Shown here: positions 36,110 to 48,753 of the stretch, one piece after another
How the letters are laid out: the number at the start of each line of letters is the position of its first letter
Position numbering within the stretch: the first letter of the stretch is position 1
NCBI RefSeq assembly: GCF_028641065.1
Contig: NC_073391.1
Location: 23,994,001-24,058,000, forward strand
DNA from: Leucoraja erinacea
Taxonomy: Eukaryota
DNA length: 64,000 nucleotides
Reading direction: 5' to 3'
Position numbers and translations under genes: made by a program
Notes under the pieces: model-generated
The model's database searches: none
Told to the model about the DNA's origin: nothing
What the model saw: the letters and a program-made list of their open reading frames with translations, nothing else

Positions 36110-37039
36110 CCAATGTGAGCCACAACATGTGTGAACTGGTAAAGAAGGGTGCATTGGTACAGACCAGCGGCATTGTCGCCTAGTTTTAAAGTGAAATGAC
36201 ACAAAGTGCTGGAGTATCTCAGCAAACTGAATCAGACTAAAGAAGGATCCCGAGGTCATCTATCCATGTTCTCCTGTGATGCTGCCTGACCCACTGTTGT
36301 TCCAGCACTGTTTCTCTTTTGTTTATTAACCATCATCTGCAGTTCTTTGTTTTAAGGAAATATAATAATAATATTTTTCTCGTTATAACAGACAATCAGC
36401 AATCATTGACATTATAATGAGGGTTTACTGTACTTATCTAGTTCTGTATTTCAAATATATATTTTGATATGTTGTCTGGTTTGTCTTTGAGTATTATCAA
36501 TTATTTTTATTTGAAATTTTGCCAGTGGTTCCCTCGTTTCTTTGCTGAATTATTTTGCATTTCTCTCATTACCCGATTCAATTCGTATTCCTTTACTTAT
36601 TGAACTGTATGCATCTTTTGCCTCATTTGTGCAATTACTCCAACATACACTGAAGCTGAAGTTCAGGACCTCCACAAAGTAAACTGGGGAATTCTGTACC
36701 GTCGCTGGATGAGTAAAAATAATGTGATTGAGGTTAAGCATAGCCTTGATTTAGCAGTGGATTGTAACCTGGCTCTCATTCTGAAATAACTCACTATTGA
36801 TTTTTATTTGTGATCATATCACAGCAAATATAATGAATTTTATATAACTATGTATAGCTTACCCCTTTTGCCATTTATATATCCAACCAAACGGAATTTA
36901 TAGTGCTATACCCCTCGTAAAACAATAAATGTGTTTGCTGTACATTGTAAATTATGTAATTAAAAAGGCATCGTGCAATGTGAAACACGCAGCAGTGTTG
37001 TGTCTATCTCTGGCATGCCCTTCGGTAAGTTACTCCACT

Positions 37040-38020
37040 GTGTGCAGTTCTGGTCACCACATTACTGGAAGAGAATGACTTCTAGTTAGAGAAAATAAAG
37101 AAGAGGAGGTTGACAGTGCTGGAGAATTTAGCTTTCCAGAAAGTTTGAATAGGCTGCAACTGTTATCTATGGAACAAAGGTGACCAAGGCGTCATTTTGT
37201 GGCATATAAAATTATGAGATGCCTTGGTCAAGTAAATAAGAAGGATCACTTTCTGGTTAGAAGGAAGGCTTTGACCAGTGAACATTGATTTCAAGTAACA
37301 GTTAGAAAGATTAGAGGGGAGTTGAGGAGGTTTCCTTTATTCCAGACAATGATGCTTTTCCCCTGACAGGGTGGTTGTGTCACAATATTTGAAGATGCAC
37401 GAGTTACAAGCTGACTAAAGCTGGTAAGTGGCATTAGGCTGGAGAGCTCTTTTGTGACCAACACTCACAAATGGCTGAGTGCCCAATTTTCACATCCCAG
37501 CCTTTATGCTTATTTTTTCCTTCAAGCCTACCTTTGTGCAGGGAGTGTGAGGTCAATGGGTTAATGCACCAATTTGGTCCTGCACTGTCCTGCCCACTTA
37601 ATCATTATCATCTCTCTGACATCTGCAACTGAAATAGGTGAACTCAACACTTCGGCATCTCCAGCCCTTGTCAAAGATTCACCATCCTTTGAGTATAGAA
37701 ATATCTCCTCATCTTAATCCCCTTTTTCTAAGACTGTAATGCGTGATGTTAGATTCCATAGCCAGGGGGAACATTTTCCTTGCATCCATTCTGTGGAGCT
37801 CTGTTAGAAATTTGCACATTTTCTCCTCTTATTTTCCTGAACTCCAGAGAATACAGTCATAGACCATTTAAACCCTCCTCAAACCGTACTTCAATCTAAT
37901 ACATCTGTGTTGCACTTTCTCCGACAAGTATATCCCTCATAGGAAAGCGATGAAAACTGTACACAGTACTCCACGTGTGGCCTCTCAATACAATACACGC
38001 AGTTGCAATAAGACTTCCTT
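37040..38020. mobile_element. Two degenerate CR1 fragments in opposite orientation
   Basis: tgtgtgcagttctggtcaccacattac (+, VQFWSPHY) near 37040 and aactgtacacagtactcc (-) near 37955. Confidence 0.6.
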
Positions 38021-38659
38021 TTTTAATTTAATTTTCCTCATAATAGAGATTGAAATATCAACCCCGCTCCCCCCAACCTTTCACTTGTTGCTCAAAGCAA
38101 CATAGTTCCCTTTGAACATTGATCACTTCCATTGCAATTTAATAAGTACCTAGTCTCTCTGTTTTATGCATCAAAGTAAATACCTTCGCATCTTTCCTCA
38201 TTCTAGTCCATCTACCATCTATCGGCCCAGTCACTCAGCTTGTCCATATCTCATTGAGCAATAGAGAAACACAGCTTGCAACAGGCCATTTGGCCCACTA
38301 CATCCATGTTGACCAGTGGGCACTAATTCCATCTCACAGCACTTGACCCAAACTATTCAAGTGCTTATCTTGAGCATCTTCAACATTGTTCGCAACCCAC
38401 TTCAATCACTCACTCTCTCAGGCAATGCAATCCAGTACTTTCCACTCTCTGGGTGAAGAAGATCCCTGCATCCTCTTTATATTCTTCTCCATACCTTCCA
38501 TCCTGCCTAGTTTACTGCCATCAGCCAATTTGGACATTTGGTTCCTCTATGATATGGATAGTGAATACTGGGGCCAAAACATTCGTCACAGCCTGACAAC
38601 CTGAGAAGCTTTGGTTTATCAGTTTGTGGAAGAAAAGTTGAATGACCCACAAATGTCGA

Positions 38660-38960
38660 GTGGAGCAGCTGGTAGGACTGCTACCTCACATGCCAGGAGA
38701 CACGGGTTTGATCCTGACCTCGGGTGCTGATAGTGTTCACCCTGTGACTAGACTGGTTTCCTCCAGGTACTGCAGTTCTCCCACATCCTAAAGATGTGCA
38801 GGTTTGGAGATGAACTGACCTCTGTAGAATTGCCCCTTATGTATAGGGAGTGGATGAGAAAGCGGGCCAACATTGAGCTAGTGTGAATGGGTGACCAACG
38901 GTCAGAGTGTACTCAGTGCGTCGAAGGACCTGTTGCCATGCTGTGTCTCTGAACTGAATG
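38660..38960 (+). mobile_element. tRNA-derived SINE (V-SINE/HE1-like)
   Basis: GGTTTGATCCTGACCTCGGGTGC; body and tail as in 640-912. Confidence 0.65.
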
Positions 38961-39269
38961 ACACTCGAGTTTCATACATTCTCAGCAGGTTAGGCAGCAT
39001 CTGAGACCGATAAATAGCTAACAATTCAACTTGGCGGAATTCCATCAGAACTGTGAATACAGATGAACAGATCTTTAGTTGCTGAGAAAGTGATGTGGGT
39101 TTGGGAAGGGTGGAACAAAAAGGACCGTGAAAAAAGTGGGAAGAGGGAAGTAGCAAGATGATTAAATGGTAAAAAAGAGTATATAGATTTATCTGTAATG
39201 TTAAGATTTTGTGTGTTCTTTTTCTCTTTGTAATGGAATATGCTCAGTAAATTCATTATTTCAAAGAAG

Positions 39270-39551
39270 TGGTAAGACCTTCCACTACCTGCAACCTCCA
39301 GCAACCACCTTCAACTAGCATCGCAACCGGCTTCGACTAAAAAATTACCGATTTTTTAAACGGCAACCTATTTTTAAGTCGCAGCCGGTTTTGAATTTTT
39401 TGAAATAATCGCCGGAACATAGAAGAAGCGGAAACCACTTTTGACCATTAGGGAGACTGACGAAAACCTCCGGGAACCGCATGGAAACCTTGGGTGGGGC
39501 GCAAAGTCTCCAGAGGTTTCCGTTCAGGTTTCCTAAGTGGAACAGGGGCAT
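39270..39551. mobile_element. Truncated Harbinger-like MITE (one end only)
   Basis: End AAGTGGAACAGGGGCA-TTA resembles the TIR of the MITE at 7866. Confidence 0.55.
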
Positions 39552-41877
39552 TAGATATCTAATTTCTGATCTTGGTTCAACCAAATTTAGAGGGGCAGTA
39601 ATGAACACCGATGGATGCTTAAAACACATCTGTGCCACCACAAAATGCTTTTGGAGCGATAGGATGATAGAATGGCCAAGATTCTATTCTGAATGGCCTA
39701 TCACTATACGTCTGTTCTGTAAACCTTTTTGTAAGAAGATTGATTCAAACTTTCTGATTCCAAATGTTTTGAGGCTGCAAGGCATGACTTAGGTGTAATA
39801 TACTATGACAAAAATAAATGGTGTTTCTGTTTTTAATAAAGCTCACTAAACAACATCACTGTAAAGGAGAAACAGTAGATGCTACTTCAGGAAACTACTG
39901 GTTCCAGTACAGTGTGAATGAATAGCCAACGGTTGAATGAGTTATCTTGAATCCTGTTCATAGCATTCCTTGGCTTTCATTGTGGCACTCCCAATCAATG
40001 GCTTATGTTTGAATATAGAGCACCTATAACTTATGGACTGGTAATTAATTATAAAGTGGACATACTTTTTAATCGCGGAATGCAATGGAAACATGCCCCT
40101 GATCTCAGCTGCTTCTTACAGCTATATTTGTTGGCTATATTTTCCATAATTGGAGTATTTAATAAATGGAATTTCCAATAAAGTAAATCAAAAATTCCTG
40201 TGGAATATTGAGAGCAGTACGGATCAAATGTGGCCACAATTGGAGGTTTCAAATTGTCATGCTCAAAAATGTGAAAGCTGCCCCAATCTATGTATTTCAG
40301 GAGATGGGGATGAGATGGTGGAGGATTTGGTCCTTATAGGCCAGCATTTGTTTTCTAAGGGATGGACAATTCAGTCAGGACTGGTTCTTAATGAGACCAC
40401 AGACTAAATTAATGAATGACATTTTGGTCTCGTTTATAAGGTGCACGTGAACCGAATAATGAATAAACTTAAACCTAAAACTAAACTCTACAGAAATAAT
40501 GGAAACACTCATCCCTATTGGGATACCAATACTCATCCAGTCAGCCAGCAACTCTAGAAAGAGAAACAGAGAGTTTGTGTTTTAGAGTAACTCACATGCT
40601 ACCTAACCTGCTGAGTGCATCTAGCATTTTTATTAAATTGCAGATTTCCATCACCTATCATTTTTTTAATATATCATCCAAAAAATTAACTCAATCTCTC
40701 CTCATATTACAGGTTTACTATCCTGGAACCAATCCTTACTGTACTACCAATGTGGCAAATATGTTTTTTTGTTATACAAGGAGATCAATACTGTACAAAG
40801 TTATCCAGGTGGTCAACAATCTAGTCAGACACGTTGTAGTTGGAAAGAATGATAGGTAATCTTCCTGAAACATACTGTCAGGGGGTTTAACAGGAAAAAG
40901 TTGAATTTTGTCATAGAAACTTGTAGTAGAAAGTAGAAAACTGGCAGAATCTAAAATTAGCGGACAAAGTTTCAGAACAAAGAGTTAGAAGGAAAAAATT
41001 AGTTTTTTTTTGTCTGAGGATGATGAATCTTTCAAATTCTTTATTCGAGAAAGCTGCAGATGCAGAGTCATTGAATACATCCCAGGCTGAGATAAATGTT
41101 TAGGCAATGGAGGAGTCAAGGTCACTAAGAAAAGGGGAAAATAGACAATCTCTTAACAACCTTTTATCTGTAACAGCAATAATAATTCATAGGGATCCAG
41201 GAATAAATCCTCATCAGTTTTTTTTCATGTACAGCATGATGTTTGTTTCTTTCACTCCAACACCAATGGGTGCTAACTCGACACTTTGCCTGCTAGGATT
41301 ATTGACCTATTCAATATTTGCCGCAGGCTTTACAGGAAAGGCTGAAAGAGAGTGAGAAAGTGGGGCCAGGATGCAGAATGTCAAGTTACACTCTGCCTTT
41401 TGAGGAGCAATCATTTCAAATGCAGGGCTGGAACAGACTAACATTAGCACAGGATTTAATGACATTTCCCTTTCCTTTAGCCTCAATCCTGTTTGATTTG
41501 TGAGTTCATTGACACCAAAGAACTGTAAATCTCTGCCGGCATTTGTGAATCCTGCTTCTTACAGGTATGACAAGGGAAGCGGAGACATGGGCCAATAACC
41601 AGGAACAATTATAAACTCGGAGCACATCTGTGTCATTCAAACTCACCTTGACAGTTAGCAATGCTAATCCACTGAGAGTCCGATTGAAAGTGCGATGAGA
41701 TGAAGATCTCAGGTGGATGTGACACGGGGGGGGGGGGGGGGGGGGGGAGCAGGAACAAGGTGGCACTTAATAATTGATCATCTCTGTTCAAACAAAGGTG
41801 ATTCATGAGAATTGATCATTAGCCTCAGTAGCAAGCTTATCTGCCAGAGTTTACCACAAAACAGCTGGGCAAAACCT

Positions 41878-42115
41878 AAGGTAGACAAAAATGTTGGAGA
41901 AACTCAGCGGGAGGCAGCATCTATGGAGCAAAGGAAATAGGCAGCGTTTCGGGCCGAAACCCTTCTTCAGACTGATGTGAGGGGGGGGAGGAAGAAGAAA
42001 GGAAGAGGTGGAGCCAGTGGGCTGAAGGAGAGCTGAGAAGGGGAGGAGAAAGTAAGGACTACCTGAAATTAGAGAATTCAATGTTCATAATGCTGGGGTG
42101 CAAACTGCCCAAGTG
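41878..42115 (-). mobile_element. Penelope-like element 3'/pseudo-LTR fragment with a hammerhead-like motif
   Basis: Minus strand CTGAAGA-AGGG-TTTCGG-CCC-GAAAC at 41946-41970; the end of the GIY-YIG coding region is shared with 54740-54830. Confidence 0.7.
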
Positions 42116-42269
42116 AACCTATGTCTATGCAACTGTAACTCTGAATTTACCCTGAGGACCGACGAAGCCCGAGAATGTATGCAATGAAACCCCTATGGCA
42201 ATGAGTCTATGCCAACATGCGTGATGAAGCTGTGTACACCGCAATATAATTATTGCCACATCCGTTACT

Positions 42270-42690
42270 ATCTTTTCTGTCTAATGCCAATCTACGCATG
42301 CAGCAATTACTCTAATTCCATGTTATATTCCCAGTAATGGATCTGAGGCCAATCTATACACATAGTAAAGTCTTTACTACTGTCTATATACATACTGCAA
42401 CCATAGTTTGATGCCACTCTGTATATGAAGCAGGAGATCCATCACTGGTCTAGTGCCAATGTATGCATGTAGCCATGATTTTAATGCAATCTATGTCTAC
42501 AGAATAGCCCTAACACCAGGCTATACACTCATGGTTGGCTCTACTACTATTCTATTTATATAACAATGACTCTAATATGTGGCAATATATATGTCATGCC
42601 AGTCTATTTGCCCAACAATGATTCTAATGTCAATTGATATAGCCAACAATGTATCTATTTCCAGTCTATGCAATCAGCCATAGTTCAAAT
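42270..42690. repeat. Degenerate ~31-bp minisatellite
   Basis: Recurrent TCTAATGCCAATCTATRCA..CAATGAC-like unit. Confidence 0.55.
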
Positions 42691-42734
42691 GCATTACATT
42701 TCATAATTACTGCAGTTCAACCAGACAGCCGTAG

Positions 42735-43305
42735 AGTGATAGTGTGGAAACAGGCCCTTTGGTCCAACATGTCCAAAAGCTATTATTGACATTGTTATCA
42801 TTTGCTCTCCTTAGTTGACCAGAAGATATGCCCAAGCAGGATCTGACAACACTGTCAGGTTGAGTAGGCTGGGTCTCTATTCCTTGGAGCGCAGGAGGGT
42901 GAGGGGTGATCTTATAGAGGTGTCTCTATAAGACACCGGCCAACATGTCCCAGCTACACTAATCCCACCTGCCTGCACTTGGTCCATATCCCTCCAAACT
43001 TGTCCAATCCATGTACGTGTCTAACTGTTTTTTTACGTTGGGTTAGTCCCAGCCTCAACAACCTCCTCTGGCAGATTGGTCCAAAATCCAACCATGATTT
43101 GTGTGAAAAAGTAACCCTTCAGATTCCTATTATATCTTTTCCCCTTTACGTTGAACCTATGTCCTCTGGTCCTCAATTCCCCTACTCTGGGCAAGAGCTT
43201 CTGTGCATCTAACTGACCTATTCCCCTCATGATTTTATACACCTCTATAAGATTATCCCTCATCCTGCTGCGTTCCAAGGAATAGAGACCCAGCCTACTG
43301 AACCT
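42735..43305 (-). mobile_element. CR1 3' fragment interrupted by an inverted templated insertion
   Basis: RLGLYSLERSRMRDNLIEVYKIMRG in ORF 43033-43554. Confidence 0.8.
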
Positions 43306-44691
43306 GGCCATGTTGTCAGATCCTCCTTGGGCATATCTTCTGGACAACTGAGGAGAGAAAATGATAACAATGTCAATAATGGCTTTTGTTATGATCAAAC
43401 TGAAAGAACAGGGATGAGCGATAAATGCCAATAGCTGCAGCGTTTGTCTGGGATAATTATAATGCTGAAATAACTTCAAGGCAATGGCATCCACATAACC
43501 CGTATCGCAACTCCATCCTTTCCAAATGATGCTTTTGCGTGTCAATTGCTGCAACCGCCAGCTTAGCCTTTGGTAATGAGATGTGTGCCTGAAGGTCTGT
43601 TTCTGATGGAATTAATTTTGATCAGGTCGCAAGAAAACTCTGCACACCTTTCGATAACGCTGAAGGTGAGTACCATCTTGCTTCAATATTATCTGAAAAA
43701 TGAACTCAGCACTGAACTAAGTGTTAGACTGGATTTCAGGACCATGCTTTAGCTCTCTCTTAGCTAAAGCATGGTCCTGATCTCTCATCTACCTACCTGC
43801 TTAAGATTCACAATCAAGGCTGCAAACGATTTCTGGCCTGGGAAGGGCCCAAGTGAGCAAGTCACAGCTTTCGTTGGGTGACAGAAATAGATCAATGCTT
43901 TTAGAAAAGCGAGGAAAAATGAAAAGAAGGCAAGAAGGAGAAAATACAACTGTTTAAATTGAGGATCCTGTGAAACCATTTTCTTGGGAATCATGACTGA
44001 TCTCTTCGTTTGGCACCTTCTTACAGTTTAACTTTCCATAATTTGGCTCTGTTGAAGGATAGTGTTTTGCTGCCAAATCTGTTGGCAGTTTTGCTCATTC
44101 ATATAACTCAACTAAAGTAAAATATGTGGCTCGCTCAGAAACCTTTGCTGATTAAAGGAAGAGTGTTTGGATCCTGTCCAAAATCTCCATAACAAACTAA
44201 TCTGCAATCGTTGAAAGGTCAAGAATCCTGTGTCAGATTTTGAGATTAGTTTCAATTGAAATGCAAGACCTAATTGAAGAGTGAAGAGATTGTTGACCCA
44301 AGAGATCACAAGGAGCTTTTGGCAAAAGCCATAAGATAACAATAGGCTTAAGCATTTGCTTTATTTGTCAATAAATTCATTTAAGCACAGGATGGAAAAG
44401 AAGATTTTCAGAAGCTTCTAATAAGGTCTCAGCCAGTTGCAAGAACTGTAGGTTCTTTTCCCATGTAATCTTTATAGGTTCCCATCCAATAATTTTGAGA
44501 GCATTTTCCTTTGTGGGCAGTAACTTCAGGAGGATGACCATTTAACTCCTGATTGACCAATATTGACAAAAACTCTATCCAGCATGAAATGAGAGCACCA
44601 ATGAAAACAAAAATAAAATGCGTTGTGTTGAAGAAACTACAAGACGTAGTGCTTTCCTTTCATAAGCAAAATTAACCCAAGAACATATCAT

Positions 44692-45185
44692 GTCAAGTCA
44701 AGTCAAGAGAGTTTATTGTCATGTGTCCCAGATAGGACAATTACATTCTTGCTTGCTGCAGCACCACATAGTATTGTAAGCATTAATACATAACAGTTCA
44801 GTGTGCCTATATAGCATAAACCATATATATACACATAAATATACAGATAAAGTGCAATAGGCTGTTATAGTTCAGAGTTTGTTGGATGGCGAGTTTAATA
44901 GTCTGATGGCTGTGGGGAAGAAGCTGTTCCTGAACTTGGATGTACCAGTATTCAGGCTCCTGTACCTTCTGCCTGATGGCAGCGGAGAGATGAGTGTGTG
45001 GCCAGGATGGTGTGGGTCCTTCATGATGTTGGCAGCCTTTTTAAGGCAGCGACTGCGATAGGTCCCTTCGATGGTGGGGAGGTCAGAGCCGATGATGGAA
45101 TGGGCAGTGTTCACAACTTTCTACAATCTTTTCCACTCCTGGATGCTCAAGTTGCCAAACCAAGCCACGATGCAACCAGTCAGGA
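44692..45185 (-). mobile_element. Rex1/Babar LINE 3' fragment
   Basis: ORF 44872-45114 is nearly identical to 24012-24374; (ACTTG)n tail. Confidence 0.85.
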
Positions 45186-45189
45186 TATT

Positions 45190-45566
45190 GATTCCCACCA
45201 GTTCAGGTGCAACCCGTCACTCTTGTACAGGTTGCCTGTTGCCCAGAAGAGGTCCCAATCATGGTCCAAAAACATGAATCCCTGCCCCTCTGCACCAAAT
45301 CAATAGACAATAATTTAACTGTCCTATTTTCCTGTTCTCATCCTGACTATCACATGGCTCCAGGAGCAATGAGTAACCTTGAGGTCCTGCTTTTTAACCT
45401 TGTGCCTAGCTTCCTGTATTCCGTCTGTAAAGCCTCATGACTTTTCCTATCAATGTTATTTGTGCCAACATAGACAATGATTTTCGGCTTCTCGCCCCAC
45501 ACCTTTTGAGTGTTAGGAAGCTACTCCAAGGTACCCTGAACCCTGGCTCCAGGTAGGCAACACACA
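45190..45566 (-). mobile_element. CR1 ORF1 (SGNH esterase-like) remnant
   Basis: Minus-strand translation by eye gives VCCLPGARV and IIVYVGTNNID, typical of CR1 ORF1 esterase domains. Confidence 0.6.
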
Positions 45567-45783
45567 TCAGTTGTCAAAAAGATTCCAACTCCATATTATC
45601 CACTGTCGGAAATACATAAAATTCTCAATACGCTGAAAAACAAAATAAAATACTCATTGCAGCATGTAGCCACATGAGTGGCAAGGGTGTTTTGTTTAAA
45701 GATACATGCAAACACTACTGACTATGATACTATTGAATGTACAGGCACTGAGAATGTATGAAGAGCTTTTGCAGTTTTTGTTT

Positions 45784-45789
<6 letters not shown>

Positions 45790-45827
<38 letters not shown>
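45790..45827. repeat. (AT)n microsatellite
   Basis: Direct reading. Confidence 0.95.
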
Positions 45828-45831
<4 letters not shown>

Positions 45832-46789
45832 CTGAATAAAGTTTATTTTTGAAATGTGCCACTTGTACTGGAAAAGTGAAAAGCAGCAGATGCTGCAAAT
45901 CTGAAATTAAAATTGAAACTGCTGGAGATACTCAGCAGGTCAGGCAGTATCTGTGAAGAGAGAAACAGAATTATAGTTTGAGTCCAATGAACAGAGATTT
46001 AGAACTGATGAAAGATTATTGACCTGAAACATAATTCTATTTCTCACCCGATAGATGCTGCCTTAACCTGCTGAGTATTCTATTTGTATTTAATAATTGT
46101 ATTATGCAACCAATTGTTCTTTGTCGTTCAGCATGGAATTTCCCAGAAATTTCCCAGAAATTCCAATGAGAGGGAAGAATAACGCTATCTTGACAAGGCA
46201 AACTTTCTTTATTTAATAACTTGACTTTTTGTTTGCTAGAGTTAATAACTAATTCCCAATATGTTACAGAGAGAAATATCAATACAATCTTTAGACTTGT
46301 ATCTTTATGTCAAACACAATGACTTTATTGAAGTTCCACCATAGCAATTTGTGTCAAGAAAATCTACACAGGTATCAGCAATTGAAATCATGAATCACCA
46401 CTTTTCCAGTCAGTGGTTTTCAAAGCATTCTCAATTGACATTTTATTACTTGTATTCATGAATTCAAGTCCAATGCTAGATTACTGCTGCTTCAACTTGA
46501 GTATGTTAAATGTGTGCTGCTGGTGGCATCACAATACATATTCTCCTGGCTATGATAAAACCTATGAGACACAATTTGCTGTAGTTGATCAGTGGTTTCC
46601 AGTTGTTGTGCTGCAGGTGTAGTTTTTAGTTGGTTCCAGTTGCATCCTATCAACACGTTTGGCAAAAAAAAAACAGGAATGGGTCACAACCTATCCAGCG
46701 TACTCCACCACTGGAATTCCACAGCAACATTAATTGCTGTAAAGTTATTGGAATAATTGCCTGGAAATAATGGAATAAGAACAGCCATT

Positions 46790-47230
46790 CAGTGTGATCA
46801 TAGCTGATCATTCCCAATCAGTACTCCGTTCCTGCCTTCTCCCCATATCCCCTGACTCTGCTATTTTCAAGAGCCCCATCTTGCTCTCTCTTGAAAGCAT
46901 CCAGAGAATCTGCCTCCACCACCCTCTGAGGCAGAGAATTCCACAGACTCGCCATTCTCTGTGAGAAAAAGTTTCCTCGTCTCCGTTCTAAATGGCTTAC
47001 TTCGTATTCTTAAACTGTGGCCCATGGTTCTAGACTCCCCCAACATTGGGAACATGTTTCCTGCCTCTAGCATGCTCAATCCCTTAACAATCTTATATAT
47101 TTCAATGAGATCTCCTCTCATCCTTCTCAACTCCAGAGTGTGCAAGCCCTGCTGCTCCATTCTCTCAGCATATGACAGTCCTGCCATCCCGGGAATTAAC
47201 CTTGTAAACCTACGCTGCACTCCCTCAATA
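46790..47230 (-). mobile_element. CR1 LINE 3' fragment (young)
   Basis: QRRFTRLIPGMAGLSY..RRMRGDLIEIYKI in ORF 46867-47220. Confidence 0.85.
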
Positions 47231-47624
47231 ACAATTGGAGAGTTATTATAAATTTGTTTTTATCTTTGCACACTCAACCCTTTATTATGAGAATGTGACC
47301 ACCAACCTGCACAGGAGACCATGCAAACTCCTCAAAGACAGCACCTAAAATCAGGATTAAATCCGGGTCTCTGGCGCTGTGAGACGTGTTTACCTGCTGT
47401 GCCACTAATCTGCCCCTTTTGGTGCCAATTACAAAACAAAAACATTGATATACTCCAATTTTGCCCTTATCCGCAATCTTTCTGCTTATTTACTAGATTT
47501 GCAGGATGTGGGCTGCGTTGGCAAGGCCAGCATTTATTATCCATCCTAATTTCCCTTGAGAAGGTGATGGTGAGCCATGGGAATCTTTCAAAGCTGTTGG
47601 GAAGGGAATTCCAATATTTAGACT

Positions 47625-48420
47625 TAATCTTAGGGCTGCAGTCTCTTCCTTCCTCTTCTCCCTCTGCGCTGAGGCGATACCCCACAGGGCGATGGTACAA
47701 CCAGTCCCGTGGCTCACCGAACCCCGCAAACGGGCCGGCTCAAACACCGCGGCCCGGGGTGGTCGAAGCTGCCGCCCTCCAGTCCAGCGGACGCAGCCGC
47801 TGGCCCGCGGCTGAACCCCGGTCTCAGGTCACCGCCACCAGAACGCCGTCCCAGCCACCGGAGCACTGTTCCAGCCCCGAGCCGGATCGCACTCACGTGA
47901 GTGCCGTTCCTCCCTCGAGCTGGGCCACTCCGACGGGAGCACCGTACCTCCCTCGAGCTGGGCCGCTCCAACGGGAGCGCGGTACCTCCCTCGAGCTGGG
48001 CCTCTCCGATGGGAGCGCCGTACCACCCTCGAGCTGGGCCGCTCCGACGGGAGCGCCATTCCACACTCGAGCTGGGCCGCTCTGACGTGAGCGCCACAGC
48101 CCCTCACGGGAGAGTCTCAGCCCCACGCCAGGCTGCCCTCACGGGAGCGTCACAGCCCCTCACGGGAGCGCCATTCCAGCCCCGAGCCGGACTGCCCTCA
48201 CGGGAGCGAGCTCAGGGCAAGTCCTGACTGGCTCTGCCTCCGGAGCCTCGAGGTCGCCAGCTCCGCCATTAGGCCTCAGCGCAGACGGAGGCAGAGAAGG
48301 GGGATACGACAAAAAAGTCGCATTCCCCCGAAGGGAGAGACAGCAAGCCCCGTTTCAACCCCCCACCCACATAAACACAACCTAAAAACCAAAAACTTAA
48401 CTAGACAAAATGAAAAAAAT
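47625..48420 (-). mobile_element. Second copy of the GC-rich element with 38-bp repeats (tail missing)
   Basis: Aligns with 28515-29220; repeats at 47898-48090. Confidence 0.8.
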
Positions 48421-48753
48421 ATATATACTTCTAAGTTAAGATGGTGTGTAACTTGCAGCGGGACGTTCGGGTTATTGAGGTGATGACCTGATTGAGGTGT
48501 ACAAAATTATGAGCGGCATAGATAGGAAAACACTTTTTGCCATAGCAGAGATGGCTTAAAAAAAAAGCACATGTTTGGAGTATGGGGTGATTGGTTTAGA
48601 GTTCTGAGGAAGATTTTTTCACCTTTGGGTGATTGAAATCTGAAACACACTACCTGAGAGATAGATACTCTCACAAGATTTAAGAAATATCAAGATGAAC
48701 ACTTAAATGTCGGGGCATAGAAGGCTACAGATCAAGTGCTAGGACTAGGACTA

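Noticed and set aside
43785-44342. Hydrophobic minus-strand ORFs as possible GFRA1 last exon (GFRA1 neighbours ATRNL1 in mammals)
   Set aside because: No recognisable GFRA1 sequence or convincing splice sites; no GFRA1 exon was identified in the window.
46140-46159. Tandem TTCCCAGAA (STAT-like sites)
   Set aside because: Explained by an 11-bp local duplication; no independent support for function.
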